From an uncultured bacterium (lineage in GTDB: Bacteria > Desulfobacterota > GWC2-55-46): a stretch of DNA of 64,000 bases. Location: positions 3,052-67,051 of the forward strand of contig CAJPGC010000034.1 in assembly GCA_905339405.1 (NCBI GenBank), in the 5' to 3' direction. The notes below the pieces were generated by a model. It was not told where the DNA came from and ran no database searches. It saw nothing but the letters and a program-made list of their open reading frames with translations. This document shows positions 46,013 to 54,594 of the stretch, piece by piece; the stretch's first letter is position 1, and each line of letters begins with the position of its first letter. The translations under genes were made by a program, and so were the position numbers.

Positions 46013-46390
46013 ATGGCTGTCAAGCTGGAAAAAAAGGTCCTCATAATCGACGACGAGGAGACCGTGGGCATAGGAATGTCCGAGATGCTCAAGGACGCGG
46101 GTTACAAGGCCCAGTACGTTACCAGCGGAAAAGAAGGCCTGAATGTGCTGAAAGACACAGATTGTTCGCTGGTTTTCATGGATATGATAATGCCCGGCCT
46201 TAACGGACTCGAGACTTTCAGGGAAATCAAGAAGGTACGCCCGGGCATCACGGTGGTGCTCTTCACCGGATACTTTAAAGACGCGGACCGCGACATATTC
46301 CAGGGCGTAAAGGAAGGCATGATAGACGCTTATATCAGGAAGCCCTTCTTTTCAGAGGAGATAGTCTCGACGGCCGCAAAGTACGCCTGA
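46013..46390 (+). CDS. Single-domain response regulator
   Basis: VLIIDDE, FMDMIMPGLNG, LFTGY, YIRKPF. Confidence 0.93.
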   Translation: MAVKLEKKVLIIDDEETVGIGMSEMLKDAGYKAQYVTSGKEGLNVLKDTDCSLVFMDMIMPGLNGLETFREIKKVRPGITVVLFTGYFKDADRDIFQGVKEGMIDAYIRKPFFSEEIVSTAAKYA

Positions 46391-46463
46391 GAAGGCGGTG
46401 CCGTAAAAATTTCCAGCAATATCAGGTAGTTTGGGGCATGAGGCGGTATTCTAAGAACCTGCC

Positions 46464-46511
46464 TTGACAGCTTGGAGTGAATTTACTATCATAAACTGAC
46501 AATTTTTGTCA
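46464..46511 (+). promoter_or_regulatory. sigma70 promoter of the pilB operon with a TGACA-N5-TGTCA palindrome over the start site
   Basis: TTGACA (46464)-17 nt-TATCAT (46487); TGACAATTTTTGTCA at 46497-46511. Confidence 0.75.
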
Positions 46512-46529
46512 CCAACACTATCAGGGACG

Positions 46530-48230
46530 ATGACAGACAGAATAGGCGAGCTACTGCTCAGGGAACGACTCATAACCACCGACCAGCTCAAGAAGGCCAT
46601 CGATGAGCAGAAAAAAAGCGGTGGACGGCTCGGCTATAACCTTACGAAACTGGGGTTCATAACCGAGAAGGATTTGACCGGCTTTTTAAGCCGCCAGTAC
46701 GGCATCCCCACCATTGACCTTTCCAGCCATGAAGTAGACCATGAGATAGTCAAGCTCATCCCCGAGGACGTCGCGCAGAAATACCAGGTCATCCCGGTGA
46801 GCAGGACGGGCTCGACCCTCGTCGTAGCGATGGCCGACCCGTCGAACATATTCGCCATCGACGACATAAAGTTCCTCACGGGCTACAACGTTGAGCCTCT
46901 GGTAGCCTCCGACGCCTCCATCAAGACAGCCATAGAGAAGTACTACGAAGCCTCCGAGATGGGCGGGCTCGAGGGCGTCCTCACCGAGTTCGACGAGGGC
47001 GAGATGGAAGTCGTGCAGGACGAGGAAGAGGTCGACATCTCTGACCTCAAGAAGGCCGTCGAGGACGCCCCGGTCGTCAAGCTCGTCAACCTCATACTCA
47101 CGGACGCCATCAAAAAAGGCGCCAGCGACATACACATAGAGCCCTACGAGAAGACCTTCCGGGTAAGGTACAGGATAGACGGAGTCCTTCATGAGGTCAT
47201 GAAGCCTCCCATAAAGCTCAAGAACGCGATAGTCTCCAGGATAAAGATAATAAGCCAGCTCGACATCGCCGAGCGCAGGCTCCCGCAGGACGGCAGGATA
47301 AAGCTCAAGCTCTCCAAGAACAAGGAGATGGACTACAGGGTGTCCGTCCTCCCGACGCTCTTCGGCGAGAAGGTCGTCATGAGGCTCCTTGACAAGTCTA
47401 ACCTCCAGCTAGACATGACCAAGCTCGGCTTCGAGCAGAAGGCTTTGAACGACTTCATGGGCGCCATACATAAGCCCTGGGGCATAGTGCTGGTCACGGG
47501 GCCCACGGGAAGCGGCAAGACGACGACGTTGTACTCGGCCCTTTCCGAGCTCAACAAGACCTCAGAGAACATCTCGACCGCTGAAGACCCGGTCGAGTTC
47601 AACCTCCTGGGCATCAACCAGGTGCAGATACACGAGGACATCGGGCTTAACTTCGCGGCTTCTCTCCGCAGCTTCCTGAGGCAGGACCCAGACATCATAA
47701 TGGTCGGAGAGATAAGGGACTACGAGACTGCAGAGATAGCGATAAAGGCCGCCCTCACGGGCCATCTCGTCCTTTCTACTCTCCATACCAACGACGCGCC
47801 TTCGACTGTCAACAGGCTCCTCAACATGGGTATCGAGCCGTTCCTCGTCTCTTCGGCCTGCAACCTCATACTTGCCCAGAGGCTCGCCAGAAAGATATGC
47901 AAGGACTGCAAAACTAAGATGCCTAGCGCGGAGAAGGTCCTCATCGACCTCGGCGTCCCGCCGGCCGAGGCCGCCAGGATGGACGTCTTCAAAGGAAGCG
48001 GCTGCGCCACCTGTGGAGGGACCGGATACAAGGGCAGGATAGCGCTTTACGAGGTCATGCCATTCTCAGAGCCCGTAAAGGAGCTCGTTTTGAACGGCTC
48101 TTCCACGGCCGAGATAAAGAGGGCGGCCATAAGGGACGGCATGAAGAGCTTGAGGATGAGCGGCGTGACAAAGGTCGCCGAGGGAGTGACCACCATCGAG
48201 GAGATATTGCGGGTCACGATGGCCGATTGA
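46530..48230 (+). CDS. pilB: Type IV pilus assembly ATPase PilB
   Basis: MshEN-like N-terminus, ASDIHIEP, ERRLPQDGR, GPTGSGKTTTLY, LRQDPD, HTNDA, CxxC/CxxC Zn site. Confidence 0.96.
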   Translation: MTDRIGELLLRERLITTDQLKKAIDEQKKSGGRLGYNLTKLGFITEKDLTGFLSRQYGIPTIDLSSHEVDHEIVKLIPEDVAQKYQVIPVSRTGSTLVVAMADPSNIFAIDDIKFLTGYNVEPLVASDASIKTAIEKYYEASEMGGLEGVLTEFDEGEMEVVQDEEEVDISDLKKAVEDAPVVKLVNLILTDAIKKGASDIHIEPYEKTFRVRYRIDGVLHEVMKPPIKLKNAIVSRIKIISQLDIAERRLPQDGRIKLKLSKNKEMDYRVSVLPTLFGEKVVMRLLDKSNLQLDMTKLGFEQKALNDFMGAIHKPWGIVLVTGPTGSGKTTTLYSALSELNKTSENISTAEDPVEFNLLGINQVQIHEDIGLNFAASLRSFLRQDPDIIMVGEIRDYETAEIAIKAALTGHLVLSTLHTNDAPSTVNRLLNMGIEPFLVSSACNLILAQRLARKICKDCKTKMPSAEKVLIDLGVPPAEAARMDVFKGSGCATCGGTGYKGRIALYEVMPFSEPVKELVLNGSSTAEIKRAAIRDGMKSLRMSGVTKVAEGVTTIEEILRVTMAD

Positions 48231-48342
48231 CGCGGCGGTTTAATCAGTCTTTGTAACTTAAGTCCTTACGCCTGAGTGCCATATTCTTTAATATTTCAGA
48301 ATGGACAAAGGCGGGGCTTTAAACGTGATGCAAGGAGAAGTG

Positions 48343-49467
48343 ATGGGCGTAGAAGGCGGCGCACCGAAGTACAATCTGCAGGAGCTCCTCAGGATAATGC
48401 TGGACCAGGGGGGAAGCGACCTGCACATAGCCGCGGGTTCGCCCCCGAGGATAAGGGTCCACGGCAAGCTCAACCCCATGACGAGCCCGGCCCTCACCGG
48501 CATAGAGTCCAAGCAGATATGCTACTCCGTCCTCACGGACACGCAGAAGCACAAGTTCGAGGAGGAGAACGAGCTCGACTTCTCGTTCGGCCTGAAGGGC
48601 CTCTCCCGCTTCAGGGGCAACCTGTTCGTGCAAAGGGGCACCGTCGCGGGCGTCTTCAGGACCATCCCGTTCAAGATAAAGTCCTTCCAGGAACTCGGCC
48701 TGCCTCCTGTAATAGAGGATCTCGCGAAAAAGCCCAGAGGCCTTGTGCTCGTCACCGGCCCCACTGGCAGCGGTAAATCGACCACGCTGGCCTCGATGAT
48801 AGACAAGATAAACACCGAGAGGCCCGAGCACATCATCACGGTTGAAGACCCGATCGAGTACCTGCACAACTCCAAGACCGCCCTCGTGAACCAGAGGGAA
48901 GTCGGATACGACACGCAGGCGTTCAAGAAGGCCCTCAAGTACATACTGAGGCAGGACCCCGACGTCGTCCTCCTCGGAGAGCTCCGCGACATAGAAACCA
49001 TAGAGACGGCACTGACGATAGCCGAGACGGGCCACCTGTGCTTCGCCACCCTGCACACTAACTCCTGCGTGCAGACCATAAACAGGATGGTGGACGTCTT
49101 TTCAGCCGACCAGCAGCCGCAGGTCAGGGCGCAGCTCTCGTTCGTGCTCGAGGGCGTCGTCTCGCAGCTCCTCCTTCCGAGGGCAGACGGCAAGGGAAGG
49201 GTTGCGGCCGTGGAGATAATGGTCCCGAACGCGGCAATAAGGAACCTCATCAGGGAAGGGAAGATACACCAGATGTACTCGCAGATGCAGGTAGGCCAGG
49301 CGAAGTTCGGCATGCAGACCATGAACCAGTGCCTGATGAACCTGTACTCAAGAAGACTCATAACCCTCGAAGAGGCGCTCGGCAGGAGCCAGGAGCCTGA
49401 CGAGCTTCGCCAGATGATGGTCAACGCCGGGGTCATGCGCACCGGCCCGGCCGGGAGGACAGTGTAA
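48343..49467 (+). CDS. pilT: Type IV pilus retraction ATPase PilT
   Basis: GSDLH, GPTGSGKSTTLA, EDPIE, LRQDPD, ATLHTN, AIRNLIRE, GMQTM. Start chosen by AGGAG (alternatives 48301/48328). Confidence 0.96.
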   Translation: MGVEGGAPKYNLQELLRIMLDQGGSDLHIAAGSPPRIRVHGKLNPMTSPALTGIESKQICYSVLTDTQKHKFEEENELDFSFGLKGLSRFRGNLFVQRGTVAGVFRTIPFKIKSFQELGLPPVIEDLAKKPRGLVLVTGPTGSGKSTTLASMIDKINTERPEHIITVEDPIEYLHNSKTALVNQREVGYDTQAFKKALKYILRQDPDVVLLGELRDIETIETALTIAETGHLCFATLHTNSCVQTINRMVDVFSADQQPQVRAQLSFVLEGVVSQLLLPRADGKGRVAAVEIMVPNAAIRNLIREGKIHQMYSQMQVGQAKFGMQTMNQCLMNLYSRRLITLEEALGRSQEPDELRQMMVNAGVMRTGPAGRTV

Positions 49468-49470
49468 GCC

Positions 49471-50691
49471 ATGCCCACGTTCGTCTATTCAGGAAAGACG
49501 GTTGCAGGAGAGATGAGGAAAGGTGAGCTTCAGGCGGCAAGCCTCGCGCAGGCCACGTCCATGCTGAGGCGCCAGCAGATACTGCCTTCTTCCATTTCGC
49601 AGAAAAAGTCCGGCATGATGAACATGAACATAAAGCTGCCCGGTCTCGGCGAGAAGGTCAAGACGAAGGACCTTGTCATATTCAGCCGCCAGTTCGCAAC
49701 CATGATCGACGCCGGGCTGCCGCTCGTCCAGTGCCTCGACATTCTCGCTTCCCAGCAGGAGAAGGCGGAGTTCAAGAGGGTCCTCCTGGACGTCAAGTCG
49801 TCCGTCGAGGGCGGGTCGACCTTCGCAGACGCGCTGAAGAAGCACCCCAAGGTTTTCGACGACCTTTACGTCAACCTCATCGCAGCCGGAGAGGTGGGCG
49901 GCATACTCGACACCATCCTCAACAGGCTCTCGGGCTTCCTTGAGAAGGCGGAGAAGTTGAAGGGCAAGGTAAAAGGCGCGATGACCTATCCGACGGCCGT
50001 CATAATCATCGCCAGCCTCGTCGTCACAGGTCTGCTTCTCTGGGTCGTCCCCATATTCGAGGACATGTTCGGAAGCTTCGGTCAGGCCCTTCCGGCCCCG
50101 ACCAGGGTCGTCGTCAACATGAGCAAGTTCCTCCAGCACTACTGGTACACGATAATCGGCTTCATCGTCGGCTCCTTCATAGGCATCAACAGGGCCTACA
50201 AGACTTCCAGGGGAAGGAGGATAATTGACCAGCTCTTGCTCAAAGGGCCGGTCATAGGCGACCTCATCAGGAAGACGGCGGTTGCCAGGTTCACCAGGAC
50301 TCTGGGGACTATGCTCGCCAGCGGCGTGCCCATTCTTGAGGGGCTCGAGATAGTCTCCAAAACGGCCGGCAACGTCATCATAGAGGAGGCCATCATGAAG
50401 GCGCGCGCCTCCCTCAGCCAGGGCAAGACGCTCGCGGACCCTCTCATGGAGACGAAGGTCTTCCCCGGCATGGTCACGCAGATGATAGCGGTCGGAGAAT
50501 CTACCGGCGCGCTCGACAATATGCTCACGAAGATAGCCGACTTTTATGAAGAGGAGGTCGACCAGGCGGTCGAGGCTCTTACGTCGCTGATTGAGCCTAT
50601 GCTCATGGCCTTCCTCGGCGTGGCCGTCGGCGGCCTCGTCATAGCCCTGTATCTGCCGATATTCCAGATAGCCGGCGCCGCCGCTGGCTAA
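49471..50691 (+). CDS. pilC: Type IV pilus platform protein PilC
   Basis: FSRQFATMIDAGLPL, AGEVGG.LD, KVKGAMTYP, VGESTGALD.ML, IEP, YLPIF. Confidence 0.96.
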   Translation: MPTFVYSGKTVAGEMRKGELQAASLAQATSMLRRQQILPSSISQKKSGMMNMNIKLPGLGEKVKTKDLVIFSRQFATMIDAGLPLVQCLDILASQQEKAEFKRVLLDVKSSVEGGSTFADALKKHPKVFDDLYVNLIAAGEVGGILDTILNRLSGFLEKAEKLKGKVKGAMTYPTAVIIIASLVVTGLLLWVVPIFEDMFGSFGQALPAPTRVVVNMSKFLQHYWYTIIGFIVGSFIGINRAYKTSRGRRIIDQLLLKGPVIGDLIRKTAVARFTRTLGTMLASGVPILEGLEIVSKTAGNVIIEEAIMKARASLSQGKTLADPLMETKVFPGMVTQMIAVGESTGALDNMLTKIADFYEEEVDQAVEALTSLIEPMLMAFLGVAVGGLVIALYLPIFQIAGAAAG

Positions 50692-50692
50692 G

Positions 50693-52372
50693 GTGAGCCA
50701 GCCTTTGCAGGAATACACCCGGGGGACATTGAAGTCCAGGCTCCTGGCCATGATGATACTCCGGGTGGTGCTCGCGCTGGCGTTCCTCGGCATCACCGCG
50801 TGGTTCCAGGTAAAGGAGTACTCCTTTGCCAGCCTCAACTTCTATCCGCTTTACGTAATAGTCGCGGTCGTAGGGCTGCTAACGATAGTCTACGCGCTCC
50901 TCCTGAACCGGGTGCGCAGCCTCAGCCTTTTCACCTATTGCCAGATAACAATCGACATCGCGCTTGCAACCGTTATCGTCTACATAACCGGCGGCACTGA
51001 AAGTTATCTCCACGCCCTCTACCCGCTTTCGGTCGTAGGGGCAGCCATCCTCCTTAACAAGTCCGGCGGGTTTTACGCGGCGTCGGTTTCGAGCATAGCC
51101 TACGGGGTCCTCATCGACATGGACTTCTACGGCATGCTCCCCCTGAAGTACAAGATTATCGACAACCCGGCCGTGCCAGCGTGGGAAGACGTCTTTATGA
51201 CCGTCTCCACGAACATACTCGCTTTTTTCACGGTCGCGTACCTCACCGGGTACCTGGCCGAGCGTACCGCGAAAGTTGAAAGGGAACTCGAGGAGAAGGA
51301 GATAGATTATGAGAAGCTCGAGGCCCTCAACAGGCAGATAGTCGGCAACATCACGAGCGGCATAATGACGCTCGACGGGAAGGGTAGGATAACCTCTTTC
51401 AACAGGGAGGCCGGGGTCGTAACCGGCTATACTCTCCGGGACGTCTATTACAGGGACGTCGAGGAGATTTTCCCCGGCATGCACGAGAAGGGCAAAAAGG
51501 CCGCCCTGGCAGGCGGCAGGGTCGAGGAGAGATATAAAAACAAGACCGGAGAGGAAATATACCTGGGGTTTACGATATCGCCGGGCCAGGGCGAGGAAGT
51601 CGACAGCATCGTCATCTTCCAGGACCTGACCAGGCTCAAGGCGATGGAAGAGGAGCTCCGGCGCGACGAGAAGCTGAAGGCCCTGGGCGAGCTTTCCGTG
51701 GGGATAGCGCACGAGATAAGAAACCCGCTCGCGTCCATCAGCGGCTCCATACAGATGCTCAGGGAAGAGGTGAGCCTGGCGGGCGACAGCAGGAAGCTCA
51801 TGGACATAATCCTCCGCGAGACGGAACGCTTGAACCAGCTCATAACCGACTACCTCCTGTTCGCGAAACCCGCCAGGGAACTTAAAGACACGATAGAGCT
51901 CGGAACGCTGATAAACGACACGATGGATGTCTTCAGGAACTCCCCCGACGCCTCGAATATCGCCATAGAGTGCCATGTCGACGGCGGCTTGCGCGTCCTT
52001 GGAGACTCCCGCCAGCTCGGGCAGGTCTTCTGGAACCTTTTCGTGAACGCAGCCCACGCCATGCAGGGCAGGGGCGCTCTTACGGTTTCGGCAGCCTGCG
52101 TCACGGCCGAGCCAGCCAGGGGCAGGGCCCCGCTTGATTACGTGGAGGTCACGGTTTCGGACACGGGCAGGGGCATAGCCCCGGAGGACCTCAAGAGGAT
52201 ATTCGACCCGTTCTTTTCAACGAAGGACGAAGGGACCGGCCTGGGCCTTTCAATAGTGCACAGGATAATAGAGAGCCACAACGGCAGGCTTGAGGTCCGA
52301 AGCAAAATCGGCTCCGGCACTTCATTCAGGATACTTCTCCCGGTTGAAAGCCGGGCGCTTGTAAAGGTTTAA
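50693..52372 (+). CDS. pilS: Sensor histidine kinase PilS
   Basis: Multi-TM N-terminus with TGG.ES, PAS, AHEIRNPLASISGS, NLFVNA, FDPFFSTK, GTGLGL; lies between pilC and pilR. Confidence 0.9.
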   Translation: MSQPLQEYTRGTLKSRLLAMMILRVVLALAFLGITAWFQVKEYSFASLNFYPLYVIVAVVGLLTIVYALLLNRVRSLSLFTYCQITIDIALATVIVYITGGTESYLHALYPLSVVGAAILLNKSGGFYAASVSSIAYGVLIDMDFYGMLPLKYKIIDNPAVPAWEDVFMTVSTNILAFFTVAYLTGYLAERTAKVERELEEKEIDYEKLEALNRQIVGNITSGIMTLDGKGRITSFNREAGVVTGYTLRDVYYRDVEEIFPGMHEKGKKAALAGGRVEERYKNKTGEEIYLGFTISPGQGEEVDSIVIFQDLTRLKAMEEELRRDEKLKALGELSVGIAHEIRNPLASISGSIQMLREEVSLAGDSRKLMDIILRETERLNQLITDYLLFAKPARELKDTIELGTLINDTMDVFRNSPDASNIAIECHVDGGLRVLGDSRQLGQVFWNLFVNAAHAMQGRGALTVSAACVTAEPARGRAPLDYVEVTVSDTGRGIAPEDLKRIFDPFFSTKDEGTGLGLSIVHRIIESHNGRLEVRSKIGSGTSFRILLPVESRALVKV

Positions 52373-52378
52373 GAGGCG

Positions 52379-53791
52379 ATGCCAAAAGACAGGATACTCA
52401 TAGTAGACGACGAACGGGACATGCGCGAGCTCCTCGAGATAATGCTGAGGAAGGAAGGCTATGAGCCCGTCGGCATGCCTTCGCCGAAGCTCGCGCTCGA
52501 GAGGCTCAAGGAAGAAGACTTCGACCTCGTCATCTCCGACGTGAAGATGCCGGTCATGGACGGCATCGAATTCCTCAAGGCCCTTCGCGAGATGAACCCA
52601 GAGGCGCTCGTTATAATGATAACGGCCTACGCCTCGGTTGAGACTGCCATAGAGGCGATGAAGGCCGGCGCGCACGATTACTTCATAAAGCCCTTCAACC
52701 TCGACGAGGTGAAGCTGACGATAAGAAAGGCGCTCGACCTCAAGAGGCTCCAGCGGGAGAACCGCCTGTTAAAAAAAGAGCTAAAGACGCGTTTCGGCTT
52801 CTCGAACCTCGTCGGCACCGGCCAGAGGATGGCGGAGATATATTCTCTCATAATGAGCATAGCCAAGACCAAGACGAACGTCTTCATAACTGGCGAGAGC
52901 GGCACAGGCAAGGAGCTTGTTGCCAGGGCCATCCACATGGAGTCCGATCGGAAAGACAAGCCGTTTGTTGCTGTCAACTGCGGGGCAATACCCGAAAACC
53001 TCCTTGAAAGCGAGCTCTTCGGCCACATGAAGGGGGCCTTCACCGGGGCGGTGGCGAACAGGGAAGGGCTTGCGGAGCAGGCCGACGGCGGAACTCTTTT
53101 TCTCGACGAGATAACGGAGCTGCCTTTGCACCTGCAGGTCAAGCTCCTCCGTTTCATACAGGAGCGGAGTTTCAGGAGGGTAGGCGGGACGGCCGATACG
53201 TCAGTTGACATAAGGCTGGTGGCCGCGTCCAACAGGGAAGTCGAAGCCGAGGTGAGGGCCGGGAGGTTCAGGGAAGACCTCTTCTACAGGCTCAACGTCA
53301 TCAGGATAAACACGCCTGCCCTTCGCGACCGCAAGGAAGACATACCTCTTCTGGCTCGCCATTTCCTGAACAAATACAACCAGGCCCTCGGCAAGGACGT
53401 AAAAGGCTTCTCCGAGGAGGCGATGAGGCTAATTATCGACCATGATTATTCGGGAAACGTAAGGGAACTGGAGAACATCATAGAGCGGGCGGTGACGCTC
53501 GGCCAGGGCGACGAGGTCGGGCTGGAGTGCCTGCCCGAGTACCTGAGGGGCGCCCAGGGCGAGACAAATGCCGCACCCGCTCCAGCTGCAGCCGCTGGTC
53601 AGGGCCAGGGCGCTGGCGTACCCGAGGGCGGCATGGACCTCGAGAAGACGATTGAAGACATGGAAAAAGTCATCATCATGGACGCGCTCAAGAAATCGGG
53701 CGGCGTGAAGAAGAAGGCGGCCGAACTCCTGGGGCTTTCTTTCAGGTCCATGAGGTACAAGCTCAGCAAGTACGGCATCCCGGATATTTGA
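52379..53791 (+). CDS. pilR: sigma54-dependent response regulator PilR
   Basis: Receiver domain, GESGTGKE, ESELFGH..GAFTGA, FREDLFYRLNV, Fis-type HTH LGLSFRSMRYKL. Confidence 0.93.
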   Translation: MPKDRILIVDDERDMRELLEIMLRKEGYEPVGMPSPKLALERLKEEDFDLVISDVKMPVMDGIEFLKALREMNPEALVIMITAYASVETAIEAMKAGAHDYFIKPFNLDEVKLTIRKALDLKRLQRENRLLKKELKTRFGFSNLVGTGQRMAEIYSLIMSIAKTKTNVFITGESGTGKELVARAIHMESDRKDKPFVAVNCGAIPENLLESELFGHMKGAFTGAVANREGLAEQADGGTLFLDEITELPLHLQVKLLRFIQERSFRRVGGTADTSVDIRLVAASNREVEAEVRAGRFREDLFYRLNVIRINTPALRDRKEDIPLLARHFLNKYNQALGKDVKGFSEEAMRLIIDHDYSGNVRELENIIERAVTLGQGDEVGLECLPEYLRGAQGETNAAPAPAAAAGQGQGAGVPEGGMDLEKTIEDMEKVIIMDALKKSGGVKKKAAELLGLSFRSMRYKLSKYGIPDI

Positions 53792-53797
53792 GGACTC

Positions 53798-53852
53798 TGC
53801 CCTAAAATGGCAAATTGACATTAATTGTCATCCCAACTGACAAAAATTGTCA
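53798..53852. promoter_or_regulatory. Upstream activator sites (candidate PilR boxes)
   Basis: TGACA-TTAAT-TGTCA (53816-53830), TGACA-AAAAT-TGTCA (53838-53852), degenerate TGCCC-TAAAA-TGGCA (53798-53812). Confidence 0.75.
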
Positions 53853-53915
53853 GTTTCTCTCTCCCTTAAAACCCCCTGAAATACAAACTGCTTGAAATTA
53901 CTGAGTTTTTAGAGA

Positions 53916-53931
53916 TGGCACGGCCGTTGCA
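53916..53931 (+). promoter_or_regulatory. sigma54 (-24/-12) promoter of pilA
   Basis: TGGCAC-GGCCG-TTGCA, exact consensus. Confidence 0.92.
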
Positions 53932-54030
53932 ATGTAAGAACTGTAGATTGATTAAAGTTTCCTGACACAGTTCCGAAGAGTAGAAAAAGCCTTTAAATAA
54001 AATGCAGGGCACAAAAAAGGAGGAATTAAA

Positions 54031-54423
54031 ATGATTCAGAACATCGTGAAAAGAATAAAGAGGGAAGAAGGCTTCACGCTCGTCGAGTTGCTCATCGTCG
54101 TCGCCATCATAGCCATCCTGGCGGCCATAGCCATCCCGCAGTTCTCGGCCTACAGGAAGAGGGGTTATGTCGCCTCCCTTAACGCCGACATTAAGAACGC
54201 CTACACCGCCGCCCAGGCCTACCTGGTCGACGATCCGGGCGCGACCCTTACCTGCGCGAACCTCACGACCGGCGGCTATAACGCCACTGACGGCATAACC
54301 TGCACCAGCGACATAGAGCAGTCCGACGGCGGCATCACCCTGACCGGCGATTCGGCCTGGGGCCTGACCACCGACGAAGCCATCGTCGACTTCTCCGGAG
54401 TCATCACGCCTGCCGCTCTGTAA
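54031..54423 (+). CDS. pilA: Major type IVa pilin
   Basis: EEG|FTLVELLIVVAIIAILAAIAIPQFSAYR; 116-aa mature protein with a Cys pair; AGGAGG RBS; follows pilR. Confidence 0.95.
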   Translation: MIQNIVKRIKREEGFTLVELLIVVAIIAILAAIAIPQFSAYRKRGYVASLNADIKNAYTAAQAYLVDDPGATLTCANLTTGGYNATDGITCTSDIEQSDGGITLTGDSAWGLTTDEAIVDFSGVITPAAL

Positions 54424-54451
54424 TCCCGGCAGCAGGAAAGCTTGAAAGAAG

Positions 54452-54489
54452 CATGGAAAAGGGAGGGCATCAGCCCTCCCTTTTCCATG
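54452..54489 (+). terminator. Strong hairpin after pilA
   Basis: CATGGAAAAGGGAGGGC-ATCA-GCCCTCCCTTTTCCATG. Confidence 0.85.
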
Positions 54490-54594
54490 TTTGATGAGAA
54501 TGCCATGCCGATTTCGAGCGGCCGGGGACAACCCGGCCGCTCAATGTCGTTCAAAGAGGCAACGTTCCCGCAACGACAGCCTGGACGGTTGCAG

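Noticed and set aside
54031..54423. PilA as an electrically conductive e-pilin
   Set aside because: It keeps F1, F24, Y27, Y32 and Y50, but has only 9 aromatics in 116 residues (~8%) with a 26-residue gap, below commonly used thresholds; the e-pilus criteria are themselves disputed.
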